NCBI GenBank assembly: GCA_973895155.1
Contig: OZ316891.1
Location: 15,097,037 to 15,161,036, forward strand
DNA: 64,000 bases
Direction: 5' to 3'
Origin: Marsupella aquatica
Lineage: Eukaryota > Plantae > Marchantiophyta
Part shown: piece by piece, positions 1 to 14,300 of the stretch
Layout: each line of letters begins with the position of its first letter
Position numbering within the stretch: the stretch's first letter is position 1
Program-made: the position numbers and the translations under genes
The notes under the pieces: generated by a model
Databases searched by the model: none
What the model saw: the letters and a program-made list of their open reading frames with translations, nothing else
What the model was told of the DNA's origin: nothing

Positions 1-3000
1 CACTCGGAAGTTCGATGATTTTTGAATTTTTTCCTTTTTACTTGTGACCGTGGATGATTGAAGAGGAATGATTGAAGGACAGCCTCTGCCTCAAAACAGG
101 AAACAACAGCCAGCTATTTCATGAGCACTACTGACCTTTCATGTGAATTGGGCATGTGGAGAGACAAGGTAGTGTATGTCTAGGGCTGTTCTCTTTGTGC
201 AGTTGTTCTTCCTCTGTGCCCACTTTCCTGAAGCTGTTGTTTGTGGTTCTATCCAAAGTTTGCGTTATGTTGAAAGCTTGGAAACTTGCTACAGGTTATG
301 GGTGCGTTTGATTGGTTAGATTTTGCAAGACATGTTCAAAAGTTTATACTGTACTGAACGTGAGCGTCTCTCACTTGTATCAAGCACCAATTTAAACGGA
401 TACTTCACATTATCTTCTTTATTTCTGTTCTACGGTCAGCAGAGCCTATTGAATCTCGTGGTTTGTTCTTGGTCTTGTGGTACGAAGGACAACTCTTTTT
501 AAATTTTCTGGCTTGGCGAAATTTCTCTCATGTTACTGAAATAGGATGTTGCATTCCTTTTTGGCAGAGTCTTCAGGTAGAATTTAGATGAGCTTTTCTA
601 TCCGATCCTATACCAGGATCCTTGCCTAATGCTCAACGCATGGACGACAACGGGAAGTTCTTTCTAATAAACACAGAGGATTTGGCCGAGCCCATAGTCA
701 GGGTTGGGATACCGCTCATCTACGCACTGAAGTATTTCTGTTGTTGCTAGCACTGTAGTCATTTGTTAGGCAATAGACTCACCCAATCCACGAATTTGCA
801 GTTGTTGAACAACTCTGTACAAATAGGTGCAGTTGTTCGGAGTCAAGTCTATATGTTAATAAAAACACGAGATTATTCTTAGGCAAGACATAAGATGGTT
901 TCTACTCGTGAGTGTCGTTTGAACCATAAGAGGATGCGTTTACGTCATTAATGCTACCTCAATCTGGGACACTAATAGTGTTTACTGCTGCAATAATTAC
1001 GTGAGTCCTTAATATTAGAGAACGCTCAAGGAAGATTTCGCCACTCTTGGTCCTTTGATAATGAACTTGAGATTTGGTCATGCACATTTCGTTCATTGTT
1101 AGCTTCATTTTTGCCTTCAAAATGAGTCACAGTTTACTCGACATGCCAAAATCCTCTTGAAGTTAGAAACTTGTTTGTAAGAAATTATCCGCATTACACA
1201 TCGAAACTCTTTTCCTAAGAGATCCGTCCCGGGCTGCATAAGTCGGAGGTGCTTGACCGGCCCCTGAACCTGAGCTGCTCGTATTGAGAAAGTAATTCTT
1301 AGTCAGTGCAACTTCTTCTGATCCGTTGGGTCAGAGTAGCAGTGTACATAATTAAGTGATTCAACTTGAATTTCAATTTAAGGCAACCTGCCATTTCGAG
1401 AATAATCGATTTAGGTTTGACGGTTCCAACCTATTTGTCCGTCAAAGTACGTTGCAAATGTTGTCAGTTCCTGGATTCCCGATGAAAGAGTTGGGCAGTG
1501 GCAGGAAGATTCACTCCGTTTGAAACTCCCACTAAAAGGTAAATCACGAGGATCCAATGGAAGGGAGGAGAGTCGGAAGTCCAAGTTGGAGTTGCTCGAC
1601 AAATAAATTATCAAATGATGCGCCGTTGGATCTGTTAGACGTTGTGGGATCCGTTCTCAAAAGATAGAAGGGAAAGAAGGGAGCTTTCTCTTGTTCACCC
1701 GATCAAGCTCTTGCAACAGCCATTTCATGGTCGTACAACCGGATGTCCAACCCAGCATGCTCACAGCCGTCTTCATCATTCATTCATTCTGGCCTGTCCA
1801 TACATCCGACAATTCGGTCCGTCGCATCCATCTGATCAAGGGACGCCGCCATCTGTCGTCCGCGAGCAGACGACGCAACAAATACTAGACACGCCAACCA
1901 ACGAAGGACACGGGAAGATATTTTCCGCCTAGCAAAGATATACATCACATTAGCTCTGCGCGTGTCTCCACATTGATCAAATCAACCACATAATCTAAGG
2001 CGTCCACGTGTGAGTTTAGTCTATCATAACCCTGCAATGGGCACACTCTCGGTTCGATGATGAGAGGCTGGCCATTCTGTGGCTCTGCTAGTCTATATTT
2101 TCTGGCACACTGGTGCTCTTCTGCTCGACAAATACACATTGCAAATGGACAAAAAGTGGTATCCGAAACATGCATAAACACTAAATAATCGAAGATATGA
2201 CCGAACGTTGCAACGCAGACTGACCAGACCTTTCTGTCGAGAAAATAATACTACGGCATTATCAAAACAGGGCTGACAAACGTCACTCACTGCCCACGCC
2301 ACGACATGGCTTTCCCCAACAACCAAACACGCACATCAGTCCACGAGTAGCTACGGCATTGCTATCGACAGGCTCATATACAGTCAACCAGAGCAACTCT
2401 GTATTATCATCGTAGCTATTGACAGCAGTGAAGGCATGATAGGCTCTGCTGAAACGTCGTGATCTACTTGGAACTTTGGAAGTGCAGCTTCCCCAGGAGG
2501 AAAATATGTTCATTTGTCTTGATCACGCTGTCCAGGCACCTCGTGTAGTGTGACGCGGTGAGTAAATGTTTGTTCATCGATGATCCTAATAACTGCACAT
2601 TTCGGCCTCCGTAGCTTTTAAAGTCATCCATTCATTCGTTCTTTGAGCACTTTCTCAAGTAGAGAGATGTCTTTGCGACAAAACGACCACAATTTTGTAT
2701 GTCTCCTAGTTTCCTCCTCGATTTTGTTCAATTCACAAAGATAATCCTCACATGGCATCGTCTGCTTCGATCATCGACACCGTTTTAGATCATGTAAAGA
2801 CCTGAGTCTATTCTGCATATGAAGCTTGAATGAACGATCACACAGCAAGAAGCACTGGTAATGCCGATGCACTTTCATCGACCTTAAGTTCCACCTTCAG
2901 ATTAATGAAGGCCTCTCGATATGGCTGGTGGATTATCAGGCGGACGACCATAAGTGTTCTGTGATGGATGCTATGATCGGATCTTACGTTGGTCTTTTGG

Positions 3001-6000
3001 AGAGATGCCAATTCGGCGAATCGGTGATAGCAAGAAATTGAAATCCATCCATGAACCATAGCAATTCTCTGTCTGCCACTGTTTCAAGTACGAGATCCAA
3101 GCATTGCATGGGAAAACTGGAAAGGGTGTAGAATGGTCCGTGCAATAATCCAACGTCAGAATCCAGAAGTACGGGTTTTCTGTTAGTAAATCATTCGAGG
3201 TATTTCCTTAATATCCAAAACTGACACAAGGGATTAGTTGGGCTCCACATTTATATCAACTTGGTATGGAGCAGGTGACGACCGGGGTGACTACAGTAGT
3301 AGCTTGTAAAGATATGGTGATTTAGTTGAGGATGGTAATGTATAAGAAAGTACTATGTACGACCATAACCCCTCCAACCCGTCACCAGAAAACAAATGGC
3401 ACAAGCTCAATTGTTTGGTGAGAAATCCGTGGCTTGATTTCTGCTCTTCGATTTGAAACACATAACCCAAGATAGGCTCGTCTCAACCATAGGGTGTCTG
3501 AGGTCCACAAAAATATACAAGTAATCCAGGAGCCACTAGCTTGGGGCCAAAGTTCAAGGTGCCCCCACTCCATTTGATCAGGTACCGTCCAGTATTCTTT
3601 TTTTGGAGAACACTTTTGCTGTTTTGCATACAGGAAAAGCGATTTGGAGTCCTATACCCCCAATAGTGTAGATACATTCACCCAAGGAATCACCACGTGC
3701 CTTCATTGCTTTGCCACCTGGTGCCTAGGGAAAACACAAGATTCTCATAGAAAAGTGAATTTATAATATTCAAACTGTCCCTCCTCTGGTAAACTGAAAT
3801 CATGCCATTGGTTTTTTTAGGACCCTCAATGCCCTGTTCTTTGATTTTTAATAAAAATAAGACCAAAAAAAAGTTTTACAAACAATCCGTGGTTCTATTC
3901 ATCTTTGCCCCATCCTTGTTTTTATTCAATCAGACAATTCACTGGAATGTTATTAATGACATTAATGTTCATACCAGCCCCTTTTACACTGCCTGCAAAA
4001 ATAAAAAAATCTGGCAGTGTAAAAGGGCACATTTACAAATGTGGGGTCACAAATGCCAGTTTGACCCCACATTTGGGTGGGGTTAGTGTCCAAGGCATTG
4101 TGATCACTTCCAAGGTTTGAATGCCTGACCTGTGCCTCCCCACATGACTGTGCTACCACTCCACAAGTCATTTTTTTGGTGGACAAAACTTTGCCAAAAA
4201 CTTACCTAGAAAAGGGGCTGCCTAATGATGCTCGGGTTATAATCTGGAAAAACTGGCAATCATTTGCCACATCAGGATTGAGGTATGGCATCATTTGTCA
4301 GCAAGCCCTAGGCAAGATAAGGGCTGTTAGCTTGCTGCTCATTACCATGCAATGTACATAGTTGTCAGTAGTTGACAATAAGCTAGAGTAGTTTTCCCAT
4401 AAAGTTAATTTCAAGTTTCTATTAACGACTGCAGTTGTTCAGGTTACCATTTGCCACCTGAGAGCACCGCTAAACTTTGGGATTAGCCAGTGAACTTATC
4501 CTTAACCAGAAACTATTAGCCAGAGGGCTACAACCCAAAGCGGATGCAGTAGCCAACTTTCCTTACTCCATAAGCCAGTAGGGAGCCACCTTGGCTAAAC
4601 TTTTAAATACTGAAAATGGTTGCACTCCACCCAGAGCCTGTTGGACATCCTCAAGATATCCACTGATGGTAAACCACTGCTAGTAGCGGGTACGGAGAGC
4701 CATACATTCCTTTCCAGGGACTCGTTGCCCTGAATTTGTTTTTGACATTCACTCAATTTTGTCTTTATTAGTGTTGGCCTCATCTAGAGTTACTGCCAAT
4801 GCTGAGCAAGACAAACTTCACAACGGCAAGCCCATGATTATCCTACACACATTTAGTCGACACAAAGAGATATGTGATTCATCTCAACTGAAGTTACATC
4901 CATAAGAACACACGAGAATTTTACTGCACTCTAGGCCCATCAGCCGTACCAAGTCTTCCAACAATGAGCTTGAATTCCCACTATCCAAGCAAACACCGCT
5001 TGGGGATATAGTCCTGGGGTCCTCATTTCTTTTCTTCCAACCCTTCGCATGCAAAGAAGTTAGGGGTTTTTTTAATTCAATTGCACAGAAGACTTAAAAA
5101 ACATTTGTTGAAGAAATATATGGGTGTTTTAATCCAACTTTGAGAATTATAAGAATTGTAGGGATTCTTTAATACAAAATATAAAGTTAGGGGTTAAGGT
5201 TAGTCTAAGTACAATTACAATCATAACTCTAGTCAGAGCTAAGAGTAAATGCCTAATAGTATAGAGGCTTCATTCTAGAAGCCTAGACCCCAACTCGAGC
5301 TTTTGTTTGGGAATTAGTAATAAGATATCATGTGCCCAGGGTTTAGGCAACAGGCAAGGACAATGTCACAATGCCACTATGGCACCACCTTTTTGACCTT
5401 GTAGAAGTCATCACAACATTGGTAATAACTTACAAACCTGTGCGCCTCTCACCGGAGTGCCCCACGGTCTTTGAGGTACTGTGTACACACCATGTATTGT
5501 GGACCGTGTTAGTCTCTGAGGCCTACTTACCATGCTCTTGCCGCAATATTCTGCTTGAGACAAAGGAGCTATGTCATGCAAGCATTATGTAAAGCTGAAT
5601 TAGGTTCTTTTGGCAATCTTGTCAAAACATGCAGGCAACCCCCTTTGAGCTTTAGGTCTTTTGGACTGATTAGGACCCCTCAAGTATCTGCTCCACGGGT
5701 AGAAAATTAAAGTCCCCGGGCCGCTGGTCGCCCCTTGGGGTCCGACCAAGACTTCTTTGGCTATATGCAAGGATTGGTCACCCCCAATAAGAGAAGGCAT
5801 CCCCAAGTTGCTTGGAGCATACTTTCCCATTTGCTTAAATTGGATTTTAATAGTTGCTACCTCCAGTTGAGATTGTGTTGGATTGTGGACATGTGATCCC
5901 AATGAGGTTAGTTGCCAATGTTGACTTGTGACGGACTATGCACTCTCTTTCCATTACTAAATTGAGGCTCCTTTTTGTTGAATAACATGCATACTTTGTT

Positions 6001-6900
6001 ATTTTTTTAGTGTAATTACTAAGTTGTCACCATTTTCCACTCCTGGCTGAGAAAAGTAAGTTCTCTAGTTAGTTTGGAATGATCCAACAATCAACATCTT
6101 GCCAGTTTCCATCATTGGTGGTTTTCATCATCCTCAAGTTGCATTGCGATGGCCCGAGCAAAGTAAAAGGCCCAACCCAATGTCAAGGTTGGAAAGCATG
6201 TTGTGGTTAAGGTGAGGACATAATTAGATGACCATTCTACAGTGAAACTTTGCCAGATGCTGGCCATTGAATTGTATCAAGCTGGGTATCAAGTTCACTA
6301 GTGTTACCATCAGTAACTAATTAAACTAGAGGGGATGCCAAAATATACATTTTTTCAACAAAGAATAGTGACAGTTGATCTAATAAAACATGACCAAAAG
6401 CCACTGTAAAGGCCAATGGTCTACAATGAAGCCTTTGACCATCAAATTTGGGGTACAACTGCGGTTGGGGATGGCACAGGAAATGGGCACAATGGTACTC
6501 ACCATCCATTTAGGAGCAAAGGTCAGGCTCCGTAAATATTATAGCCATTGAAGGTACATTCTTCAACTTCCTTTGGACGTGAGAGACTTACCAGAATGTC
6601 ACTTAGTTGGCCCCACACTGCTTGGGGCACTGGCTCCTGTGGTATGTAGTGAGAAAGACACTAAGAAGCCATCTATTTGGTATTCTATATAGTCAAGTGC
6701 AATCATATGCTAGTATAAGGGCCTACAATCTAGACTGAATGACTTTGGGGCACAACTACAGTTTGGGAAGGAACTGGAGACATGCATGGTAGATGGTATC
6801 TAGGACAACTTTACAAGAACTCAAAGGCCAGTCTCTTCGTTCTATGTTTGAGATGCAGTTGTAGCCATGCAAATGTGCGCCCAGGCCAGACTTCCCATTA

Positions 6901-7350
6901 CAGTCTACCATGGACATGCAGTGTGTATAAATGCATTCCGTGGGTAACTGCAACATGGTCATGTAGTCCCTCAATAATACAGCAAATTTCTTTCGAAATG
7001 CACCAAAAAATGCACCGTCTGTAAGTGCAGGTTGCTCCTCACTAAACTAAAAAGAAATAAGGGCATTTCTGTCTATAAGAGTACAGATTCATCAATCAAT
7101 TACCGCAACACATAATTATGTTAGAAGCATTTATTGATAGGTGCAGTAGACAACTACACATAATAGTTTCATGCACTTATCCAGTTGAATCATGCACTTT
7201 GAGGATCCTGGGTATGAGAAGCACATGCATATGCCCTAACACAACATTTGTGAAAGTGCATAAGCAATTTCATATGCACTTATTGGAAACATGGATATAT
7301 ACAGGCTTGGGATGTCTTCCCAAGAGCCTGCACTTAGACATGGTAGACTG
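6901..7350. mobile_element. Tc1/mariner-type MITE (450 bp, TA TSD)
   Basis: TA|CAGTCTACCATG...CATGGTAGACTG|TA, a perfect 12-bp TIR. The body is homologous to 39982-40460 (inverted) and 32461-32858. Confidence 0.8.
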
Positions 7351-8040
7351 TACATAAAACCGGGGTCCCAATCATCAGAAAATTGCTACCCCTCCTAGTG
7401 ACCTGCTGGTAGGGGCCCCCTTGACTGCATCTTGAGGTGGTCCAAAGAATGGACAATTGGTGGTCCCAAGTTCTTGGATAGCCCTCCCAAAACCTATACA
7501 TTCAAATAAATGGGTCCAGGCATGACTCCATGGCACTGGGTGCGGTTGGTCCAATGTTTTTGTTAGTGGTGAAAACTCACTAGATTTCACCTCCGTGAGA
7601 AAGCTTTGTCATTTTTGACAAAATCATAGTACTGTCTTCCATTGGCCGGTTTCTCACGTAGCCACTGACCCCATCAGCTAGAATCTGAGGGTAATCTTGG
7701 GAGACCTTACGATCAGAAATTAATAGGAAAATTTGACAAAGAATAGATCTTCTCTTTTTTTGCCTAAGTATATTGCCCGTCTTGATTTTTCTCTTTTTAA
7801 GTGCATTTATGGAAAAGAATGCACGATGGAGTAAAGATTTGGATCAGCTCAGTACCAACCTTCTCCTTTGCATTTACTTAGATAGTGAAAAAATATCCTA
7901 AGCCTTTAAATGTATTAATATCCATTACACTAGAGTACTATGGACAATAATAACCCCTCAAAACTCAAGCTAAAGCATTGTTTTACTGCCCTGAAACCAT
8001 ACATTATATACTTAAGGTAGTGATAACTGCATGCCGAATC

Positions 8041-8757
8041 TGGAAGAGGAATGACACTCAAAGATATAGAAGAGTTATCAGGTTTAACATGATGTGGAAA
8101 ACCTGTTCAACCTGAGTGTGTATGCCACTTAGCACTTAGCACTTAGCACTGTATGCTGTTGTTTTTCCATGTGCAATAATTGGAAACTTAGAAGGAATGA
8201 CACTCAAGGAAATAGAAGAACAACATATTGAAATATATCTTGGTATGGAAATTTGTTGAACTCGACAGTTTGTCACTTAGCACTGTCCACCTTATGCTGT
8301 TGTTTTTTATGTGCAATAGCTAGATACCTAGAAGGAATAACACTCAAGTGATATAGAAGAACAATCTAATTTATCTTGGTATGGAAAATTGTTGAAGTTG
8401 TGGACACTTGACACTTAACACACGACACCTTATCTTATGCTGTTGCTTTTTGATCTGCAATGGCTGGACACCTATTGTAGAAGGAATAACACTCACGTGA
8501 TATAGAAGAACAATCTGGTTTATCTTGGTATGCAAAATTGTTGAACTTGTGGACACTTGCCACTCAGCAAGGTACACCTTATGCTCTTTCTTGTCCTAGT
8601 GCAATAGCTAGATACCTAGAAGGAATAGTACTCAAGTAATATAGAAGAAAAATCTGGTTTATATATGTATGGACAATTGTTGAAGTTGTGGACGCTGCCA
8701 CTTGGACAATGCACCTGCTCTTTGGTGTGCAAAAACCCAACACCTAGAAGGAATGTT
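8041..8757. repeat. Tandem minisatellite, about 140-bp unit, about 5 copies
   Basis: GAAGGAAT(G/A)ACACTCAAG..ATAGAAGAA..TATCTTGGTATG..TTGTTGAA..TATGCTGTTG recurs at about 8043, 8191, 8331, 8480, 8619 and 8747. Confidence 0.85.
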
Positions 8758-8930
8758 CATGACTTTTTCACAAGGTTATGTAAAAGGTTTTATAATTCTT
8801 TTTGTACTAGCCTCTACAGTGATTCATGGTAATGCTATAGAACCAAGTTTTATTGCAAAAAGTGATGGACCATGAATTTGGTAGTTTCTAACTTTTTGTG
8901 TCAGTAAGTTGTAATTATTAATGGACGTAA

Positions 8931-9180
8931 AGTCCGTCAAACTCTGAGCTTTGAGATGCCCTACTACTTGCGCTCTTGTAAGTCGCAACCACAGATTTAA
9001 GGTCCATCACGTTCTGAGCTTTGAGATGCCCTACTACTAGCACTCTGGTAACTCGCAACTATGAAGTTAAGGTCCATCAAACGCTGAGCTTTGAAACCCC
9101 TTCTGCTAGCACTCGAAAATCCTAATTGGGGAATTAAAGTCTATCAAATTCTGAACTTTCCCCTAGTACTAGCACTCTCA
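8931..9180. repeat. Tandem repeat, about 70-bp unit, about 4 copies
   Basis: GTCCATCA...CTGAGCTTTGAGATGCCCTACTACT.GCACTC repeated with progressive decay. Confidence 0.8.
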
Positions 9181-11305
9181 TATGTGAATTCCGAGGGACC
9201 ACGAAGTTTCTGACCAAAATAGTTCGGTTTCAGAGGAATACAATTTTTTTGCCTCGAAAAAACTAGATGAAATCCATTCCAAAATGTCAGCATACAACGC
9301 AGGGGCCCAAAAAAGGGACACCAACCCAAGGGAAGTAAGGTCGAATGTGCCAAGGCCAGAAAAAGCCAGAACCGGAGAAGGAGCAGAGCCTCCAAGGGAG
9401 GAGCAGAGCCTCCAAGGGAGGCATGAACTAAACCAGAAATTTAGAAAACTACAGGAGGAGGAGAGGAGTAGGAGAGAAGAAGCAGCACAGAGTAATATAG
9501 TTTTGAGCCTCCTTCCACCTGATTTGGCCATTTGGGTCCTTCTGAACTGTGAAGGCTCAACTGTTTCCCAGCGGGCAAGGGCGTGGGCTCCATTAATTAA
9601 AAAAGGACGAGACGGCGGCAGAACAGAGCAGGTGCGTAAAAGCAGTTGTGGTGTACACAGTCACTACCATCTGTATAGAAGTACGTGCCACCATTCATCA
9701 GAGAATGCGTAGTTGCGTACGATGCATACGGAGCACAAGATGTCAAGATTGGTGGAGTGTGGGTCCCTAAATTCCTCTCACTTACTCCCGATTGGGCTAT
9801 GGATGCCACGGTATGCGGCTGATGAGGCAACTCAATCAACCGATGGTCTGGCATGTTTCACGGCGGCTGACAAACCACGAAATAACTATGCCCGTGAGCA
9901 CGACACTCTGTTTTTTATTGGTGCTGTTGTCGAGTGTCGAGTCTGGAAGAAACAATATCTACGGTAGACGCCCTGTGCTCCTGTTGCATGAGCGATACAG
10001 TACAAAGCGCACAGCAAGATGTGGGTTCGCGGGCAACAAATCCTTTGGCGCCTTTGAATGGATGCGTTTTAAAAAGTGCTTTCAGTTTCGCGGATTGGGT
10101 CCTACAGCAGACCAACTGTTATGAACGAAGGCTCACCGGACACAGGGTCCCATGAGTCCGTGCCTTCCTTCAAGACCACGAAGTAGTCTACAGAAACGAG
10201 CCGATTCGTTTCCTTAATTTAGTTCCAAAACGACCTGAAGAATTGCACTTTCCATCTCATCATATATGTATTCCCATCCCGTGGGTGTGGGGGGTCGCCG
10301 CTCGAGAATAGGTGGCTGTCGCATCAGAGCCCACAATCCCTACGTGTGCGGCCATCTCACGAAGATCGTCATACCTAGAACAGTAGAGAATAGTTTCGAG
10401 AACGGTAGATCTGCACTGTGGTGACTTCAAGATTCAAGGTACCGTAGGATTCCGTAATGTTCGCGAGTGACTTTCAACGTCTGGTCTTCCATTTCACATC
10501 AACTCACTCCCGGCTTTAAAGACCTGTACAAACACTTCGAATTCTTTTCTTATCTTTGCATGTGGGTCCTAGAAGGTCAGGAGATAACTAGGAGACTTGG
10601 AGTATGGCACCACTGCAGGAGTTGCATAGTTCACTCGCTAGACTACTGGAGCTCCCACCTTTTGCACATATCCAGTTAATATTGTACTGATCCAGGGAGC
10701 AGGAGTTGAAGAGCCTAGATTCACCATGACATGACACAGTAGCTCATCCAGCTTCTCATGCACTTAAACGCTACGTCAGCTCGAAGCTTCGTTTATGAAA
10801 GGGAACGATAGCGTCAAAGCATCGAGCAAGCGTCCGCTGGGCTAACTCCACTGATTTCACAGCTTTCTCTCAATACCTATTCGCTTGTGTAACCGAAAGA
10901 GAGATTGTTCAAAATTACACGAATATTGCATAGAGGAGTTCCTGAACGGCCGGGTCAGCTTGTTATATTTTAAGCTAGCTACCGCATAACTAAACTGGAT
11001 GAATTTTAGTGCCTCTAGTTGGGCTTCGATTTATCAAGAATTTTGTAACGTCTCATAAGTTGGTCGTCACTCTGTCAGAACTCTGGATGTACATTTTCTG
11101 CAAGAGTTACTGTCTCTCTCGGCTGGCATGCGGCAGGGGCAACAGGGAGTTCAGAGATGTGCCTGGCATTTGTAGATCGATTGTGAGGCCTTGTGCAGCG
11201 GCGAAAGGCGGATCCAGGGACCTATATTGCACGTGAAAGTTTCTGTGAACGGCGCAGAGTTAGATCTGCGGAGGAGGAGTTTCGGAGATTCAGCAAGCGG
11301 TCACG

Positions 11306-14300
11306 ATGGTGGAGAAAACGGGCATGACGGCTATGATCCGGAAATGGACAGGGTTGACATCAGGGATTTGCGTTCAGGCGCTGGCAGGAAGCGGACTCTG
11401 CTTCTCACACTACTCGTCGCTCCTGAAGTCGGTCATGCACCTTAACCAAGTCCAGCTAAACAATATTGGAGTCGCTAAAGATTTCGGGGACAATGTCGGA
11501 CTCCTCTCCGGATATGTAATCAACCTTGTGCCTCCTTGGGCGGTTCTCCTTATCGGTGTTTCCTTTGGAGTCATTGGCTATGGAACTCTTTTTCTCGTCC
11601 TGACTCAACGGATTGCGCCATTGCCATACTGGCTTGTAAGAAATCTCTCTCCTCAAGCATTTTCTGCTGTTTGCCAATTCAAGGTCAAGGGATTTGTTGT
11701 ATGACCAATCTGTTTCTGAAATACTGTATTGTTATTCCGTTTGCCCGTTGTCTTCAGTGATGACTGCAGCGTAGTTCGTTCTGAAGGCAAGTTCTTAAAA
11801 TTCTATAAAACCTAAATTGACCTTTGACCTATTTTCAAAATTCTGTCCGATGATCCCTTCGCTCTGTCGACTTCTAGAAGTAGTCGCTGGAAATCTCCCC
11901 GCCGCTCTCACCCTCCCTCCTCCTCGCTCCCCAAGCCAGATTCTGCCCATGGCAGGAAAATTCCAATCCTGTCTTGCACTCTGCGGAAACGAAAGTTGGC
12001 GGACAAAATGGAGGCTTCGTTGAGTGATGATTATTTAGGGTTTTGGTGATGCGCTTTTAGTCTTAAAACATTGTGGAAAAGGTGCAATTGAATCTAGCTG
12101 GCTTTTTGAGAATTGTCCTACATTTTCCTGTTCTGTAAAAATGGATAATTCGGACGGGTTTCCTCATTGTCATCACGTCTTACTCTTGGTCGCTCCGTCT
12201 TATGTAGACTGCAGATTCGTACACAGCCATCGAACGATCGGAATTCCGGGTCTCCCGTCCCAATCTATATTCTCTATAGGATTTAGGTGTTTGCTCGAAT
12301 TCTGGGAGTAATGATTGAAGTAATGCGTTGCATTATTGTAGTTGGTTTCTCTCTTTTCATCCCACACACGAAAATGCATTCGACTGTCAATATGATAGAT
12401 TCTACTGGCCAGAATTTGGAAGCATCCATCTCAAACCTTTGTGACAACCATGACAAAACATTGTATGTTTTGAAGAAAGTGTTTGCCGTTCGAACCGCAT
12501 TCGAAACGCGAATTTCCCCGAAAGACAATAAAATTTTCGTGGGTTATATGGATGAAGGGAGCGGCTTGAAGAGAGCTGTCATTGTACTCTTCTTTCTTCT
12601 GATGATTAGGGGCTGGTTGTTGTGGGAGCCACTATCTGTAGCGCTCTGAATTGATGTCAAACCAAGAGTCTGGTCTTTGTAAATGTGTCCCTCCCCTTCA
12701 ATGTCCTAGGCTCTTTGAGTTCTAAAAGTTCCAGTTTCTCAGGAGCGACTCTCACTAAGAATTTGTCCCCTGGATATGTCATCTTGATCTCCAGATGGCC
12801 CTGCTGATGGCCCTATCTACCAACGCCTCAACATGGTACAACACCGCAGTTTTGGTCACATCCATGAGAAACTTTCCCAAGAGCAGAGGCAACGTGGTAG
12901 GAATCGTCAAGGGATTCATCGGCCTGAGCGGTGCAGTCTTCACACAGATTTATGTCTCAGTATTATTCGAAAACCCGGCATCCTTTGTTCTCCTCCTCAC
13001 CATCGCTCCAGGGACGCTGATCTTAGTTGTGATGTACTTCATCCGGCCGGTGACCTCTCCCACTGGCGATTATGACCCGGAGGAAGACGGGGCATTCTTT
13101 TACGTTTACGTTATCTCCATCGGCCTTGCGATTTATCTCTTCGTCTTGTCCTTCGTGGAAAACTACGTGCCCGTCACACCTCTCATGGGGAGAATTTTCG
13201 TTGCTGTAATGTGCGTATTTCTCCTCTCGCCGCTAGCTGTACCGTCCAAGTTTTTAATCGACAAGTATTTCCGGGGCGGGAGAAAAAAGTTCAGGGTATC
13301 CAATGCCCATGGCAGTACAGAACCGCTGCTAGAGCAGACATTTGAATCTGAGACGACTGACGAAGAGAAGCCAGAGCCATCCCAGAGGGCCGTTTCTGAA
13401 GGAAAGTTGCACAATCCTGCACTCAGAGAACAGGCCAAGTTGGAGAAGTCCAGCCCTATGTGCTTGTATCCATCCCCGGATGTAGATGGGGAAGAGGATT
13501 CCACCACAATGCTGGCAGTTGGAGAGGGGGCAGTGCGGAGAAAGCGGAAGGGGCCAAGGCGTGGAGAGGATTTTACTCTAACGCAAGCGTTCGTGAAGGC
13601 CGACTTCTGGCTGCTTTTCTTTACATTTTTCTGTGGTGTGGGGACAGGAAATACTGCACTCAACAATCTGGGACAAATTGGTCAAGCACTTGGTTACTCG
13701 GATGTGACTGTTTTTATATCAATTTTCAGCATATGTAACTTTCTTGGTCGCTTAGGTGGCGGTGCTGTTTCAGAGCACTATGTCAGGTGAGTTACTTCCG
13801 TTACTCTGAGCCGTGTACTTCCTTAATCCCAAGTGTAGCCTGTCTCGATTAGCTCCACTCCTGAGTTTCTTTTCAGAAGTTCTCCTTGAGACTAATAGAT
13901 GAAGGCGGTATGCTTATCTATGCATTGCACGCAAGGAACAAACTTACGAACTTACATGGCCTGTGCTTTAGGGTTCCCTGTAGCCTTCTATAGATGTCGT
14001 CAGTCAAGAACCTAAACTCAAAGGCGGAAAGCTGTGGAAAAGAACAGTGCCGTAAGGATTTGGAAAATGGGCAAGCTCTTGGCAAATGAATTCATCCCTT
14101 CCGAATCGGAGGAGGAATAAGAGACGAGACCTTGACGATCTTTTTACCTTTTCACCTTTTCAGCAGCCTCTAAGAGTCCCCAGTGGGGTTGGGCTAAATA
14201 TTTTCCAGAGAATCTAAACATTTGATTATGATAACTGAGCTATTGTGTATAGCCTTTGTTTGGGCTATGGCCAAAACATTTCCATCGTGATACATCAAGT

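Noticed and set aside
1-6800. Many short ORFs and exon-like fragments at the left end
   Set aside because: No consistent spliced frame or known motif could be built; this is probably UTR, intergenic sequence or decayed repeats.
8041-8757. 140-bp array as a repeat-protein (LRR-like) coding region
   Set aside because: Unit lengths vary and do not preserve frame, stops are frequent, and no motif is recognisable.
13163-13666. 167-aa antisense ORF, and similar + ORFs at 29388-30027
   Set aside because: These are shadow frames over or beside real genes, with no recognisable domain.
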